Assembly (NCBI GenBank): GCA_965217775.1
Contig: CBDCJH010000002.1
Coordinates: 3,968,001 to 4,032,000, forward strand
From: Acidobacteriota bacterium
GTDB taxonomy: Bacteria > Acidobacteriota > UBA6911 > RPQK01 > JAJDTT01
Direction of reading: 5' to 3'
DNA length: 64,000 nt
Below the pieces are notes generated by a model. The model was not told the DNA's origin and ran no database searches. It worked only from the letters and a program-made list of their open reading frames with translations. Shown in pieces: positions 29,443-39,646 of the stretch (the first letter of the stretch is position 1; the number at the start of each line of letters is the position of its first letter). The position numbers and the translations under genes are program-made.

Positions 29443-30804
29443 CTACGATTTTCGGGAAGGCAGCGACCAACGGATCGCCCCCATGTGGAAGCGGTGGTGT
29501 CCCGGCATCCGGTCGGCATGGTAAACCGTGACCAGGGTCCCATCGGGGTGCTGAGCGGTGGCCGGATAGGAGCCGTCGGTGCTTTCTTCCAGATGCGCGA
29601 CGATGCGCGGCGCGCTCCAGGAGTCACCCTCGTCTTCGCTCCAGCGAATCGCCGGGCAGCCCGGGCCGTGAGCCATCCCCCGACCCCATCCGTAGTGGGC
29701 ATACCACGGTTCGTCCTCGTACGCGGACCTGGGCGGTAGATCCTCCGGGGTCAAGCCGGAACCGGCCCGGACTCGCCTTCGAAACAGGGTTCCACGCACA
29801 AACCCGGGCAGATCGTTGGGGTGGCCGAAATGCTCCCTCTCGCGGACTCCAAACGTCAACAAAACCCGCCCGTCGGCCAGTTCGAGCAGATGTCCCGGCC
29901 TGTGGCGCAATCCCCCCGCCGTCAACGGTCCCGCCTCCGTCCATTGGCGGCCTTCGTCCTCGGAGACGAACAGGGCCACGTGACTCCACTTGTCCACGGC
30001 GGCCAGCCAGCGGCCACTCCGCAGCCTCACGGCTACCGTGGACCCGAACCAACCGGCTTTCGGCCCCGGTTCCCCGATAAGGACTGCATCATCCCAGGTC
30101 CGGCCGTCGTCATGGCTGAACAGCATGTAGGAAACGGCCTCGGCTCCTTCGCCGGTGGGGACACTTGGGGCCCGGTCGCCGAGCCTTTGCTTGAACTTTT
30201 TCCTCCACCTCAGGTCCCACGCCGGTGCCGCCAGCGTCGTGCCCGGACCCCGGATGATGTTTCCGTAGGGAATCAGATGTTTCGCGTCGGCAGGAGCCGT
30301 GACCGTACTCGACCGCTGCCAAGTCCATCCGCCGTCCGCAGATCGGCACACCAGTGTCGGGGCGCCACGCTCTCGAAACCGATCCTCACGCCATTTTTCG
30401 GTCTGAGCCAGCACCAGCAAGGATCCATCGTGCGCAGTGCCGATGGAATTCCGAATGTGCGAGAACCCGGGTTCATGCTGGGCGGCGACCCCTCTGAACT
30501 TCCAGAATCTGCCTCCGTCTTCACTCGCCCAGCATGCGATGTCCCCTCTGGGGCCGCCGTGGGTGGGCTGACTGAAGATCCCCGCCATAAGGGTCCCGTC
30601 CTCCAACGTCGCCACGCTGGCGTAGGCGCAGACGTTATCGATGGCCAAGTAGCGACCCTCGACTTCCGGGTGCGGTTCCCGATACCAGGCAACGGTCTGA
30701 GCACGAGCCGTCCCGGCGGCGCCCATTCCCGCCACGGCAGCGACTCCGAGGTGCTTGACCGCAGTTTCGATTGCTGCGCGTCTTGTGAATCTTTTCAGCG
30801 TCAT
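29443..30804 (-). CDS. BNR/sialidase-like protein, Tat leader (paralog B)
   Basis: FTRRAAI; SEDGGRFW, SHDDGRTW, SEDEGRQW; long segments identical to paralog A. Confidence 0.8.
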   Translation of the reverse strand: MTLKRFTRRAAIETAVKHLGVAAVAGMGAAGTARAQTVAWYREPHPEVEGRYLAIDNVCAYASVATLEDGTLMAGIFSQPTHGGPRGDIACWASEDGGRFWKFRGVAAQHEPGFSHIRNSIGTAHDGSLLVLAQTEKWREDRFRERGAPTLVCRSADGGWTWQRSSTVTAPADAKHLIPYGNIIRGPGTTLAAPAWDLRWRKKFKQRLGDRAPSVPTGEGAEAVSYMLFSHDDGRTWDDAVLIGEPGPKAGWFGSTVAVRLRSGRWLAAVDKWSHVALFVSEDEGRQWTEAGPLTAGGLRHRPGHLLELADGRVLLTFGVREREHFGHPNDLPGFVRGTLFRRRVRAGSGLTPEDLPPRSAYEDEPWYAHYGWGRGMAHGPGCPAIRWSEDEGDSWSAPRIVAHLEESTDGSYPATAQHPDGTLVTVYHADRMPGHHRFHMGAIRWSLPSRKS

Positions 30805-30809
30805 TGGTT

Positions 30810-32144
30810 TCAGCTCCTCTCGATGCCGGGCTTGAAACGGCCGAACTCGCGAGTGACAGAGGAAGCTGCCTCGCGGACCCAGGTCGCAGCAATATACTTT
30901 TGGTGACCGCCGTCCTCCTGACTGTTGAAATAGTAGGTCACCATCGCGGTGCCGTCTTTCAGGAGCGCCGCAGCAGGATAGCCCAGGTCTCTACCTCCAC
31001 CGTCCTCACGCAGAATCAGCTCCTCGGCCGCACCTATCTGTTCACATTCGGCGTCGACGAGCCGGGCTCGAATTCCGTAGGGCGGTCTTCTGTACCCGTA
31101 CGCAATCAAGACCCGACCGCTAGGCATCCGGAGCACGGTACAGGGATACCCCCATAGATCCTCTCGTTTGGGTTCGGACCAGGTTCGGCCGGAATCGGTC
31201 GAAAACGCCGTATAGGTGTGCCCCGCCTTCGGACTGGACCGCATGAAGGCCACGAGTTTTCCGGAGGCACATTCGTAGACCACCGTCTCGTTAAAACCTG
31301 TCCGCCCCTGGGGTCGAGCGATCACACCGCGGCGGGACCAACGAATACCCGCGTAGGTATCCCCGGACGCGAAAGGATTGTGAGGAGACTCCATCAGGAA
31401 TACGGTCTCCGGGCGATCGATGGTGTAGACCGGCAACATCAGACTCTCATCTCTCATGACCAGCGCCGGTCCCCGAAGGTGTACCCGGGACTGTTCTCCG
31501 GGGAACAGGGACCGGACTCCCTCCACCGGCGAGACCCAATAAGGAGGGCTCCAGGTCTCGCCCCAGTCTGTCGAGCGGCGAACGTAGATACCGCCGGCGA
31601 GCGCGTGGAGATCGTATTCCTTCAGATAATAGAGCCCGATGTGTTGGTCGCCATGGCGCTGCTTGAGTTGTGTGTATTTCCTCTCCGGAATTACGGTGCA
31701 GGGATGGGTCATGAAGAGCAAGGTGTTGTCCGGCAACCAGGTGAGATTGGGGTTGGTGGTCACGCCAACCTCGAAGACCCGGGGTTCCGGGTCCCAGGTG
31801 GCGCCACCGTCTTCAGAGGAAATCAGGCACTGTTCCACTTCCGGATGCACGTGTCCCCGGCCTACGGATCTCCGGAAAGCCAGCAGCACCTTGCCGTCCC
31901 GGAGCACTAGGGGAGAAGGGCCGGGCCCGCAATAATAGGCAGGGTTCCGGTAGATGTCGGCGTCCCGGATCTTGGTGAGTGTTCCTGGCGTGGACGGCCC
32001 CGGAACGACCTTGGACCTGTCCGTGGCAGGAGATCGGCGGGTCTCTTCCACGCCATCCGACTGAGACCCGCAGGCTCCCGTGATGCCGCCGATGGCGCCG
32101 GCCATCCCGGCGACCTTGAGAAAATCTCTTCGTTTGGTCTCCAT
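30810..32144 (-). CDS. BNR/sialidase-like Tat lipoprotein
   Basis: METKRRDFLK...TGAC; SEDGGATW, STDWGETW, STDSGRTW; FNET, DLGYP. Same subfamily as 26702 (YCGPGP). Confidence 0.8.
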   Translation of the reverse strand: METKRRDFLKVAGMAGAIGGITGACGSQSDGVEETRRSPATDRSKVVPGPSTPGTLTKIRDADIYRNPAYYCGPGPSPLVLRDGKVLLAFRRSVGRGHVHPEVEQCLISSEDGGATWDPEPRVFEVGVTTNPNLTWLPDNTLLFMTHPCTVIPERKYTQLKQRHGDQHIGLYYLKEYDLHALAGGIYVRRSTDWGETWSPPYWVSPVEGVRSLFPGEQSRVHLRGPALVMRDESLMLPVYTIDRPETVFLMESPHNPFASGDTYAGIRWSRRGVIARPQGRTGFNETVVYECASGKLVAFMRSSPKAGHTYTAFSTDSGRTWSEPKREDLWGYPCTVLRMPSGRVLIAYGYRRPPYGIRARLVDAECEQIGAAEELILREDGGGRDLGYPAAALLKDGTAMVTYYFNSQEDGGHQKYIAATWVREAASSVTREFGRFKPGIERS

Positions 32145-32214
32145 TGCCTCCTCGAAACCGGATCGGATTCTCCAGGGTCTCCCAGCGCCTGTCCTGCCGC
32201 CGGATGAGGGCCTG

Positions 32215-32946
32215 TCAAGTACCTCCAGCGACGGTTTTTCCCCGGATCGCCAACTCGTCCATGGCCAGCCGGCCCTCGACCTCTGCGGAGAATCCCAGGA
32301 AAGAAAACCCGTACATATTGCAACGTCCCAGCACTTCATCCAGGCTGCCCGGGCGCGCCCGGTCGCGGGCCCAGCTTCGATGCCAGAGCCGTTCGTCGTT
32401 TTTCAATGTGATCGTCTGCTTGTCTCCCCAGTCACCTTCCTGGACATTGAAAGGGTGAGCCGTGTAGTGCCATCGAGTTCCTACGGGACTGTTCACGACC
32501 CAGAAATACACCTTTGCCCCTTTCAGACTTAACCCATCCCCTCTCAAGTAGACCGAGAGTTCCCCGCCGCGCAGGTCGACGACAAAGCGGCGGCGGGACG
32601 CGGACGAAGTCCGAGCCAATCGGGAGGGATTCGGACCAGACCAGATGAAGGGCAGTATCGAGTCCGGCTCTTCCGGCGTATCGACCCGCCAACGGCTGTC
32701 GTCTCCCCAGACGAAGCCCGAATCTCCGACCCCACCCGTACGCTCCCAGGAAACCGGGTAGTAGTAGCTTGGGTATCTGCTGCCCGCGATCCCCCCGTGG
32801 TAGTCGTATATTCGCCAGCCCTCGGCTCCATCGTCAAAGCTGTCGACCATGAGGAGAGTTGGATCTGTCCGACAGGCGAACGAGAGGAGGCACACAAACA
32901 GGAGCGCCCATCCAACACCCACTTCAGGTCTTCCGGCTGGAGTCAT
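32215..32946 (-). CDS. Hypothetical lipoprotein, Trp-rich beta-sandwich (possible carbohydrate-binding)
   Basis: Lipobox-like LLSFAC; DSFDDGAEGW; co-oriented within the BNR cluster. Confidence 0.55.
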   Translation of the reverse strand: MTPAGRPEVGVGWALLFVCLLSFACRTDPTLLMVDSFDDGAEGWRIYDYHGGIAGSRYPSYYYPVSWERTGGVGDSGFVWGDDSRWRVDTPEEPDSILPFIWSGPNPSRLARTSSASRRRFVVDLRGGELSVYLRGDGLSLKGAKVYFWVVNSPVGTRWHYTAHPFNVQEGDWGDKQTITLKNDERLWHRSWARDRARPGSLDEVLGRCNMYGFSFLGFSAEVEGRLAMDELAIRGKTVAGGT

Positions 32947-32964
32947 GCTGATCGGACCACTGCG

Positions 32965-34278
32965 TTACAGCTTCCTGACCCTTGCCTTGCGCCCGAGAAT
33001 CCGTTTGCACGGCGATCCATAGTATTCCTCTCGTTCATCGTAGACGACAAAAAGCTCGCCGGGCCGTATCTCCCGCACGGTCGTATAGGCACCGGTGACA
33101 CCCGAGGAGACTCGGGTGACGTGTCCCCAGGTCTCACCCTGATCCAGGCTGAAGGCCAGAAAATTCCCGTCGTCCTTTACGGCGGGTTTGTGCCCGAAGC
33201 TGACGGCGAGAACGCCGTCGGTCATTTCGATCAGACTCGGAGCGACTCCAACTAGCTCCAGCTCCCTGGGTTCGCTCCAGGTTTGGCCATCGTCATCGGA
33301 AACCGCCTGGTACAAGGGATTGTTTCGTCCCGTGCGCATCAGGCAGATCAACCTTCCGGGATGGCGGCCTCCAGTCAGGCGAATCATGCAAGGCTCAGCA
33401 AACCCCTCTTGGCCAACATTCCCCACTGCGATGTTGGACAGATAGGTCCATTTCCGTCCCTGGTCTTCCGAACGCACCAGGAAGGACCTGAACTTCTTCA
33501 TGTCCGGCGCCTGACCGCCGGAGAATTCGGAAGCGACGGTGTCGGCTTCGAAGGAACCATACATGGTCGCCAGGAGGGCTCCGTCTGGAAGCTCAATCAC
33601 CGAGCGGAAGAAGATCACTCCTACGATGACCGAGTTGTGATCCCCGATCTGGGTCGGTTTCGCCCCCGGGACATGCAGATAGGTCTCTTCGGGCCCCGCG
33701 ACGGTCTTCCAGTCATCCCGGGAGCGCCACATTCGGCCCGCGAACCAGCCCCCTCTCGGCTTCCCTTCGATCCCATATTTTCCTTCAGTGAACAGAGGTT
33801 CGGGCTCCTTGTCATAGATCAGTATGGTTCCGTTTCGCAACTCGATCATCGAACCTTGCGACGCCGGTCCCACACAGCCCGAACAGTACAGATGGTCGCA
33901 CACCTCCGCCAGCTTGGGTGCGGCAGCGGGCGTGACCCGGATCCCTTTTTCGGGAGCCCAGATCTGCCAGGTTTCACCATCGTCAGTGGACCGGACGGTC
34001 AGGGGAACCCCTGGTCCCGAGATCGGCCGGTTCCAGGCGGGGCGAATGCGCGCCCCGGTGGGGAAACGGCAGACGTACCCATTCACGACGAGCGTCCCCT
34101 GCCGGGAACGAAACATGAATGGGAAATTGCCTCCGGGGACGACCGTCGATTCCGCCTCCAGCAAAACTTCCAGCCGCACATCCTGGGCGTATAGAGGTCC
34201 TACCCGCGCCGTCCAAACCATCAGACAGAGCCAAATCAGACTCTGAATCACCACACTCCGACCCATGTGTTTCGACAT
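32965..34278 (-). CDS. BNR/sialidase-like protein, Sec leader
   Basis: STDDGETW, SEDQGRKW, SDDDGQTW, SLDQGETW; FAEP, LMRTG, GAYT. Confidence 0.8.
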   Translation of the reverse strand: MSKHMGRSVVIQSLIWLCLMVWTARVGPLYAQDVRLEVLLEAESTVVPGGNFPFMFRSRQGTLVVNGYVCRFPTGARIRPAWNRPISGPGVPLTVRSTDDGETWQIWAPEKGIRVTPAAAPKLAEVCDHLYCSGCVGPASQGSMIELRNGTILIYDKEPEPLFTEGKYGIEGKPRGGWFAGRMWRSRDDWKTVAGPEETYLHVPGAKPTQIGDHNSVIVGVIFFRSVIELPDGALLATMYGSFEADTVASEFSGGQAPDMKKFRSFLVRSEDQGRKWTYLSNIAVGNVGQEGFAEPCMIRLTGGRHPGRLICLMRTGRNNPLYQAVSDDDGQTWSEPRELELVGVAPSLIEMTDGVLAVSFGHKPAVKDDGNFLAFSLDQGETWGHVTRVSSGVTGAYTTVREIRPGELFVVYDEREEYYGSPCKRILGRKARVRKL

Positions 34279-34404
34279 TCCTGTCCGGCTCCTTTACAGA
34301 ACGATAGGCCTCGCGCACGAGCGCACGTTCGCCTCACTCCAAGATCGAGTCCCGCCGGACCCCGGTATTCCTGTGTTGCGGCCGACGGCAGTCTTCCCCG
34401 TGGT

Positions 34405-37400
34405 CTACCAGAGCAGCTTCAAACCGAATTGGAGTTCCCGGGGATTCGTGGACGTGCTGATGCTCCGTCCAAACCGGTTTGCGTCCGGATCATTGCGAGG
34501 ACCTGAGAAATTCGGATGGTTCGCCGCATTGAACGACTCAAAACGAAATTCAAGAGTCATGGACTCCGTCACTGCAATTCGCTTTGAAAGCCCAAGATCC
34601 CAAAGGTGGAGGCTGTTGCCCCGCAGGAAATTCTGACCGGCGTTACCGAACCGAGGCGGTTGCCGGGGATGGGCGGGATTTCGCGGCCAATCGTATGCAG
34701 TGATGTCGAAGGCGGGTCTATCGACGCCGTTCCCTCCCATGTTCGGATCCCGGAGCCGATCGGGGTAGCAACGATTGAAAAATGAGGAATTGCAGTTGGC
34801 CCCGTTGATCCATCCGGCGGTCAGGGGAAAACCGCTTCGGTAGGTGAATATGTTGCTCAGACGCCACCCCCCGAACAACATTCCCGCAAGACCCTTCCAA
34901 TTTCTGCCGAACGGCAATTCGTAGATGGAATAGAAGGTGAGCCGGTGCTTGACATCGTCAGGTGAGTGGTTGACTTCTCCCTTGAGATCTCCGGGATTCT
35001 GGATCAGCCCGATGTGACTGGAGATGGTGCGGGACCCACGGCTTGCCAGGGATTTTCCCCAGGTGTACGCCGCCTTGAAGGACAGACCCTTGCTGAACCT
35101 CTGTTCGGCCGAAAGAATCATGGAATTGTAATTGGCGTTTCCACCGGCCGCGAAGCCGAACAGGCGGTTCCATTTCGGAAAAGGCACACGAGTGGCCAGA
35201 GAACCGGGGCCCGCCGGTGCGTAATTGATGTCGAACGAATTCTCGAGGTGAGTCGATTTCGATCCCAGGTATTGAGCCTGGAGAACCAGATCCGAGCTCA
35301 ACTCCCGGCTGATGCTCAGGCTCCACTGCTGTGTATAGCCGTTGAGAAAATGGTCCTGCAAGGGAGTGCCGGGAAACCCGAACGTCGATCGTCGCAGGAA
35401 ATCGGTCGCCGCCCCCGACAGGTCGCTGGGCCCCCCGTAGCTCAGAGTCGGCACGTTGACCTCGGACCGGAACGTTCCCCACGTGGTAGAAGGTGGAGCC
35501 GAGGTGACGTTGTTCATCAGATTGATGATTTCCGTGAGGTTGTAGAACCACCCGTAGCCTCCGCGAATCACAGTCGAAGTATTGGCGAACGGTCGGAACG
35601 CAAATCCGATTCGGGGAGCGAAGTTGTTCTTGTCCGGGAACATGGCCGTCTCCCGGTCCAGGAAACCCCAGGGCAGATCGGGCCGTTGGTTGGTGTAGAA
35701 CGGCTCGGCGGTCGTGTTCTGGTCGGGATAGCGGAGACCTCCCAGCTCGGCGTCGAACTTCGGGGTGAATCCCGACGCTTCCCGCGGAAAGCTCTCAAAC
35801 TCGTAGCGGAGACCGAGGCTGACAGTGAGCCTCGGGGATACCCGCCAGTCATCCGCCAAGTAGACGGAAAAGCCCGTTTGAGTGTAGAAGGCCTGCGGAT
35901 TCGGCGTTATCGGCAGGATCATGGTCGCGGGAATTCCGAGCAGGAAATCCGCGAAACCGTCCCCAGTGAACTGGCCGCTGAAGGTGTAGGTTCCGTTGGT
36001 ATGGGTGCCCCGGAAAGCATAGGCATCGTGAACCCGCTTGAAGGCGCCTCCGGTCTTGATGATGTGGTTTCCATGTACGTAGGTGATCGCTTCGCTGAAA
36101 TGAAAATCCGTGACCCTCGTCACTCGAGGATTGGCGGGCCTCAAGCGGTCTACGGACGTTCGGCTGAACGAGATGCTCGGGAATCGATCACCGGGAGGCT
36201 CCGCAGGAAAGGGCAGGCCCAGGGTATTTCCGATCCCGATGCCCTCATTCTGAGACATGGCATCATTCTCGGTCCGGTTGAGGCCAAAGCGGATTTCATT
36301 GATGAAGTTCGTGCTGAAGTTACTCGTCAGGCCCACCACCGTGTTGTGAAATAGCTGGGGGAAATTGATGCCGCCGACCTTGGGATTGGTTCCAGGTGTG
36401 AAGCGCCGGATGTCCTGCAGAGCGAATCGTCCCGTCAGGTCATGATTCTCCGACAGTTCATGGTCCACCCTGAACAGAAGGTTGTCGTGGTCAAAGGTTC
36501 GTGTGGGGCTCCGTTGGAAATTGTCAGTCCCCGGCGCGTTCGGCGCCGGATAGAACTCCATAATTCTCGTGGAGATCGGATCGATGCGATTCTGCGGTAT
36601 CACGCCGGACGGAAAAGGTTCTCCGGTCATCGGATCAAGGATCGTCTTGCCGAAGGCCGAAAGATTTCCAGCTTTCTGCTCTGCCGTGGGAACGGTCTCT
36701 CGTCCCGTCAGTCCTCGGCGCTCTCGGAATCCCTCGTAGGTGACAAAAAAGAAGGTTCGGTCCTTGATGATGGGGCCGCCCAGAGAACCCCCGAACTGGT
36801 TGAATACCAGCTGAGATTTGGACCTGGCAAAGAAGTTGACGGCGTCCAGGTTGTCGTTCCGGTGGAATTCGTAGAGGCTGCCGTGGAAGTCGTTGGTTCC
36901 GGACTTGGTCACGACATTGACGATGGCGCCGCCGCCGCCGCCGAACTCGGCGGAATATTGGCCCACCTGCATGCGGAACTCTTGAATCGCGTCTACCGGG
37001 GGCGCCACGTTATAGGTCCTCCACATCTGATCCATGTTCTGGACGCCATCCAGATAGTAGGCGTTGTTCGCCTTGGCCTGCCCGGCAACTGAAGGGTTCA
37101 GCGGCTTTGCGGTGATGCCCCTATTCTGGGAAGAGCTCCCTTGGCCTCTCGTGGTTCCCCCCGTGAGAGTGGTCAACTCCATGAAGTTTCTTCCATTCAA
37201 GGGGAGGTCCAGGATGGCTCGCTCCGTGACCACGGACCCGATGGCTGCCTTCTCCGTCTCAACCACCGGCGCCCTGCCCGTTACACTGACCACCTCCGTG
37301 ATATCCCCGAGCTGCAAGGTGATATCGATTCGGGCCTCCTGCGCCACCTGCAGCGTTATCCCGGTCAGGACCGCCCTCTTGAACCCACTCAACTCGGCAG

Positions 37401-37653
37401 CAACCTCGTAGCTGCCGGGCAGAAGGTTGGTCACCACGTACATGCCGGCGTCACCGCTGATCGCGGTACGTGAAGTCCCCCGCTCCTCACTCGTGACCGT
37501 AATGTCGACTCCGGGGACGTACGCTCCTCCGGGGTCCCGGACGGCGCCCACGATGCCGGCTGTCGCTACCGCTTGGGCTCGCCCCGCCTGGATCGACAAG
37601 AAAAAGAACAGGGCCGACAATAGGACGAAGCGAAAATTAGGACGATTATTCAT
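34405..37653 (-). CDS. TonB-dependent receptor, Oar type
   Basis: LPLNGRNF, DAIQEFR, TKSGTNDFHGSLYEFHRN, NNFAPRIGFAF, PRELQFGLKLLW. Confidence 0.92.
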   Translation of the reverse strand: MNNRPNFRFVLLSALFFFLSIQAGRAQAVATAGIVGAVRDPGGAYVPGVDITVTSEERGTSRTAISGDAGMYVVTNLLPGSYEVAAELSGFKRAVLTGITLQVAQEARIDITLQLGDITEVVSVTGRAPVVETEKAAIGSVVTERAILDLPLNGRNFMELTTLTGGTTRGQGSSSQNRGITAKPLNPSVAGQAKANNAYYLDGVQNMDQMWRTYNVAPPVDAIQEFRMQVGQYSAEFGGGGGAIVNVVTKSGTNDFHGSLYEFHRNDNLDAVNFFARSKSQLVFNQFGGSLGGPIIKDRTFFFVTYEGFRERRGLTGRETVPTAEQKAGNLSAFGKTILDPMTGEPFPSGVIPQNRIDPISTRIMEFYPAPNAPGTDNFQRSPTRTFDHDNLLFRVDHELSENHDLTGRFALQDIRRFTPGTNPKVGGINFPQLFHNTVVGLTSNFSTNFINEIRFGLNRTENDAMSQNEGIGIGNTLGLPFPAEPPGDRFPSISFSRTSVDRLRPANPRVTRVTDFHFSEAITYVHGNHIIKTGGAFKRVHDAYAFRGTHTNGTYTFSGQFTGDGFADFLLGIPATMILPITPNPQAFYTQTGFSVYLADDWRVSPRLTVSLGLRYEFESFPREASGFTPKFDAELGGLRYPDQNTTAEPFYTNQRPDLPWGFLDRETAMFPDKNNFAPRIGFAFRPFANTSTVIRGGYGWFYNLTEIINLMNNVTSAPPSTTWGTFRSEVNVPTLSYGGPSDLSGAATDFLRRSTFGFPGTPLQDHFLNGYTQQWSLSISRELSSDLVLQAQYLGSKSTHLENSFDINYAPAGPGSLATRVPFPKWNRLFGFAAGGNANYNSMILSAEQRFSKGLSFKAAYTWGKSLASRGSRTISSHIGLIQNPGDLKGEVNHSPDDVKHRLTFYSIYELPFGRNWKGLAGMLFGGWRLSNIFTYRSGFPLTAGWINGANCNSSFFNRCYPDRLRDPNMGGNGVDRPAFDITAYDWPRNPAHPRQPPRFGNAGQNFLRGNSLHLWDLGLSKRIAVTESMTLEFRFESFNAANHPNFSGPRNDPDANRFGRSISTSTNPRELQFGLKLLW

Positions 37654-37933
37654 TGTGCTCCTCCCGCGGGAGACGCTCCATTTAGGTGAGGCAGCGCCGC
37701 AGATTTGCTGGAGGGCAGTTTCCCGCCGTCGCCCGAGTGAAGCGGCTCCGAACTTCAGTTATGAAGGTTGGTCTTTGAAGGTGAGTGTAACTCTGGAAGA
37801 AGTCGGAGTCAAACCTACAAGTTCAGGAGGGTGCACGACACGAAAGTGATGCTGGTCGTGAAGGCCAGAGAACGTCGGAGATTGGGCTTAGACTCTCTGA
37901 CAGTTACTATAACTGTCAGAGAGGGGCGTGCCC

Positions 37934-38353
37934 ATGTCCCCAGATCTTTCCCCTCAGCGCCAACTCCAACGACGACGCCAGCAGTTGTTGCAGGCCTTGC
38001 TCGAACTCGGCGATCTCCGGCCCGGGTCCCTGGTGGCCCGTTACCGCCGTTGCGGCAAGTCCAACTGTCACTGCGCCCAGCCCGGCGACCGGGGCCACGG
38101 GCCCAGTTTCTCCTTGACCCGTCGCGTGGCGGGCAAGACCGTGACCAAGATCATTCCCCCGGGGCCAGCCGTCCAACGGACTCGAGAGCAGATCGACGAA
38201 TATCGCCGATTGCGGAGCTTGGTGAAGGAGTTGGTGGAGGTCAGCGAGCAGATTTGTCAGGCTAAGCTGGACGCCTCTCCGGCCCGGAAGGGCCAAAAAA
38301 AGGGCTCCAAAAAACGCTGGCCCAAGAAATCCAGCGAGAAGTCCGGACCCTGA
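37934..38353 (+). CDS. IS orfA, DUF6788-like Cys/His zinc-finger protein
   Basis: RPGSL..RYRRCGKSNCHC...GHGP motif; A7G tract near the 3' end. Confidence 0.8.
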   Translation: MSPDLSPQRQLQRRRQQLLQALLELGDLRPGSLVARYRRCGKSNCHCAQPGDRGHGPSFSLTRRVAGKTVTKIIPPGPAVQRTREQIDEYRRLRSLVKELVEVSEQICQAKLDASPARKGQKKGSKKRWPKKSSEKSGP

Positions 38354-39646
38354 TGGGACCCGCGGCCGCCGCCGCCCTGGACTTTGAAGCGCTGGAGACA
38401 GCCCTCCGGCGTCAAGTCCTCGAGCTGGCGGCCCGGACGGTGGAAACGCATCTGAACCAGGATCATTCCGACGCCACTCCCCGCCACAACTGCTCCTGTG
38501 GAGGGAGCGCGCGCTACGCGGGTCGGGGGACCAAAGAGTTCGTCACCGTGCTGGGACCGATGCGATTGGCGCGCGCCTACTATCACTGTGGGGATTGCGG
38601 CCATGGCTTCTGTCCCCGAGATCGAGCGCTGGGACTGGAGGGGAGTTCCTTGTCTCCCGCCCTGATGCGGATGGTGGGGGCGGTCGCCTCCATGGTCAGC
38701 TTTCAGGAAAGCAGTCAGTTGTTGGAGGAGTTGGCCGGAGTGGACGTGGGGACCAAACAGGTGCAGCGGTCGGCCCAGGCTCTGGGAGAGCAAGTCGCGG
38801 GCTATGAACGCCAGACCCGGGAGCCCGACTCGGGGCTCCCTTTGCCCTCGACGCTCTATCTGGGCCTGGACGGCACCGGGGTGCCGATGCGATCGACCGA
38901 GGTGCAGGGGCGGGCGGGCAAACAGCCTGATGGGTCGGCCCGAACCCGGGAAGCCAAGCTCTGTACGGTCTGGAGCGCCGAGCGACGGGACGCCCAGGGT
39001 CGGCCCCAGCGCGACCCGCACTCGGTCACCTACACCGCGGCCATCGAGAGCGCCGCCACCCTGGATACGGACCCCCAGCTTTCGGAGTTCGCGAGAGCGA
39101 GTCGAGCGCGAAAGCCAACGACGCCGTTTTGGGCAAGCGCCACGGCAAGTCGTCCTGGGAGACGGAGCGAGGTGGATCTGGAATCTCTCCGGCGAGCTCT
39201 TCCCGGAGGCGGTGCAGATTGTCGATCGTTTTCACGCCAAAGAGCGACTCCATGCGCTCTCGAAGAGTCTGTATACCGACCGCCAGTCCGGGCAGGAGTG
39301 GGCGCAAAAACGTTGCACGGAACTCGATTCCGGTCGGATCGAGAACCTCCTGTCGGTCCTCGCCACCGAGGCCTCTCATCACGAGGAGGGAAAAGCGGCC
39401 TGCACTTATTTCCAAGAGCATCGACATCGCATGCGTTACGCCCAGTTCGAGGCCCAGGGACTCTGTACCTCAACCGGGGTGGTGGAAGCCGGATGCAAAA
39501 ACGCCATCGGGGCACGACTCAAACGTTCCGGGATGCATTGGAGTGTGCGGGGAGCTAATTCGATCATGGCTCTTCGGTGCGTTCGGCTCAGTGGGCGTTT
39601 TGAGGACTTCTGGGAATGGCGAGCCAATTCCAAAGCCGCAGCTTGA
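38353..39646 (+). pseudogene. ISKra4 DDE transposase with a +1 frameshift near 39095
   Basis: RAYYHCGDCGHGFCP, GLDGTGVP in one frame; LGDGARWIW, VDRFHAKE, STGVVEAGCK, RLKRSGMHW in the +1 frame. Confidence 0.85.
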
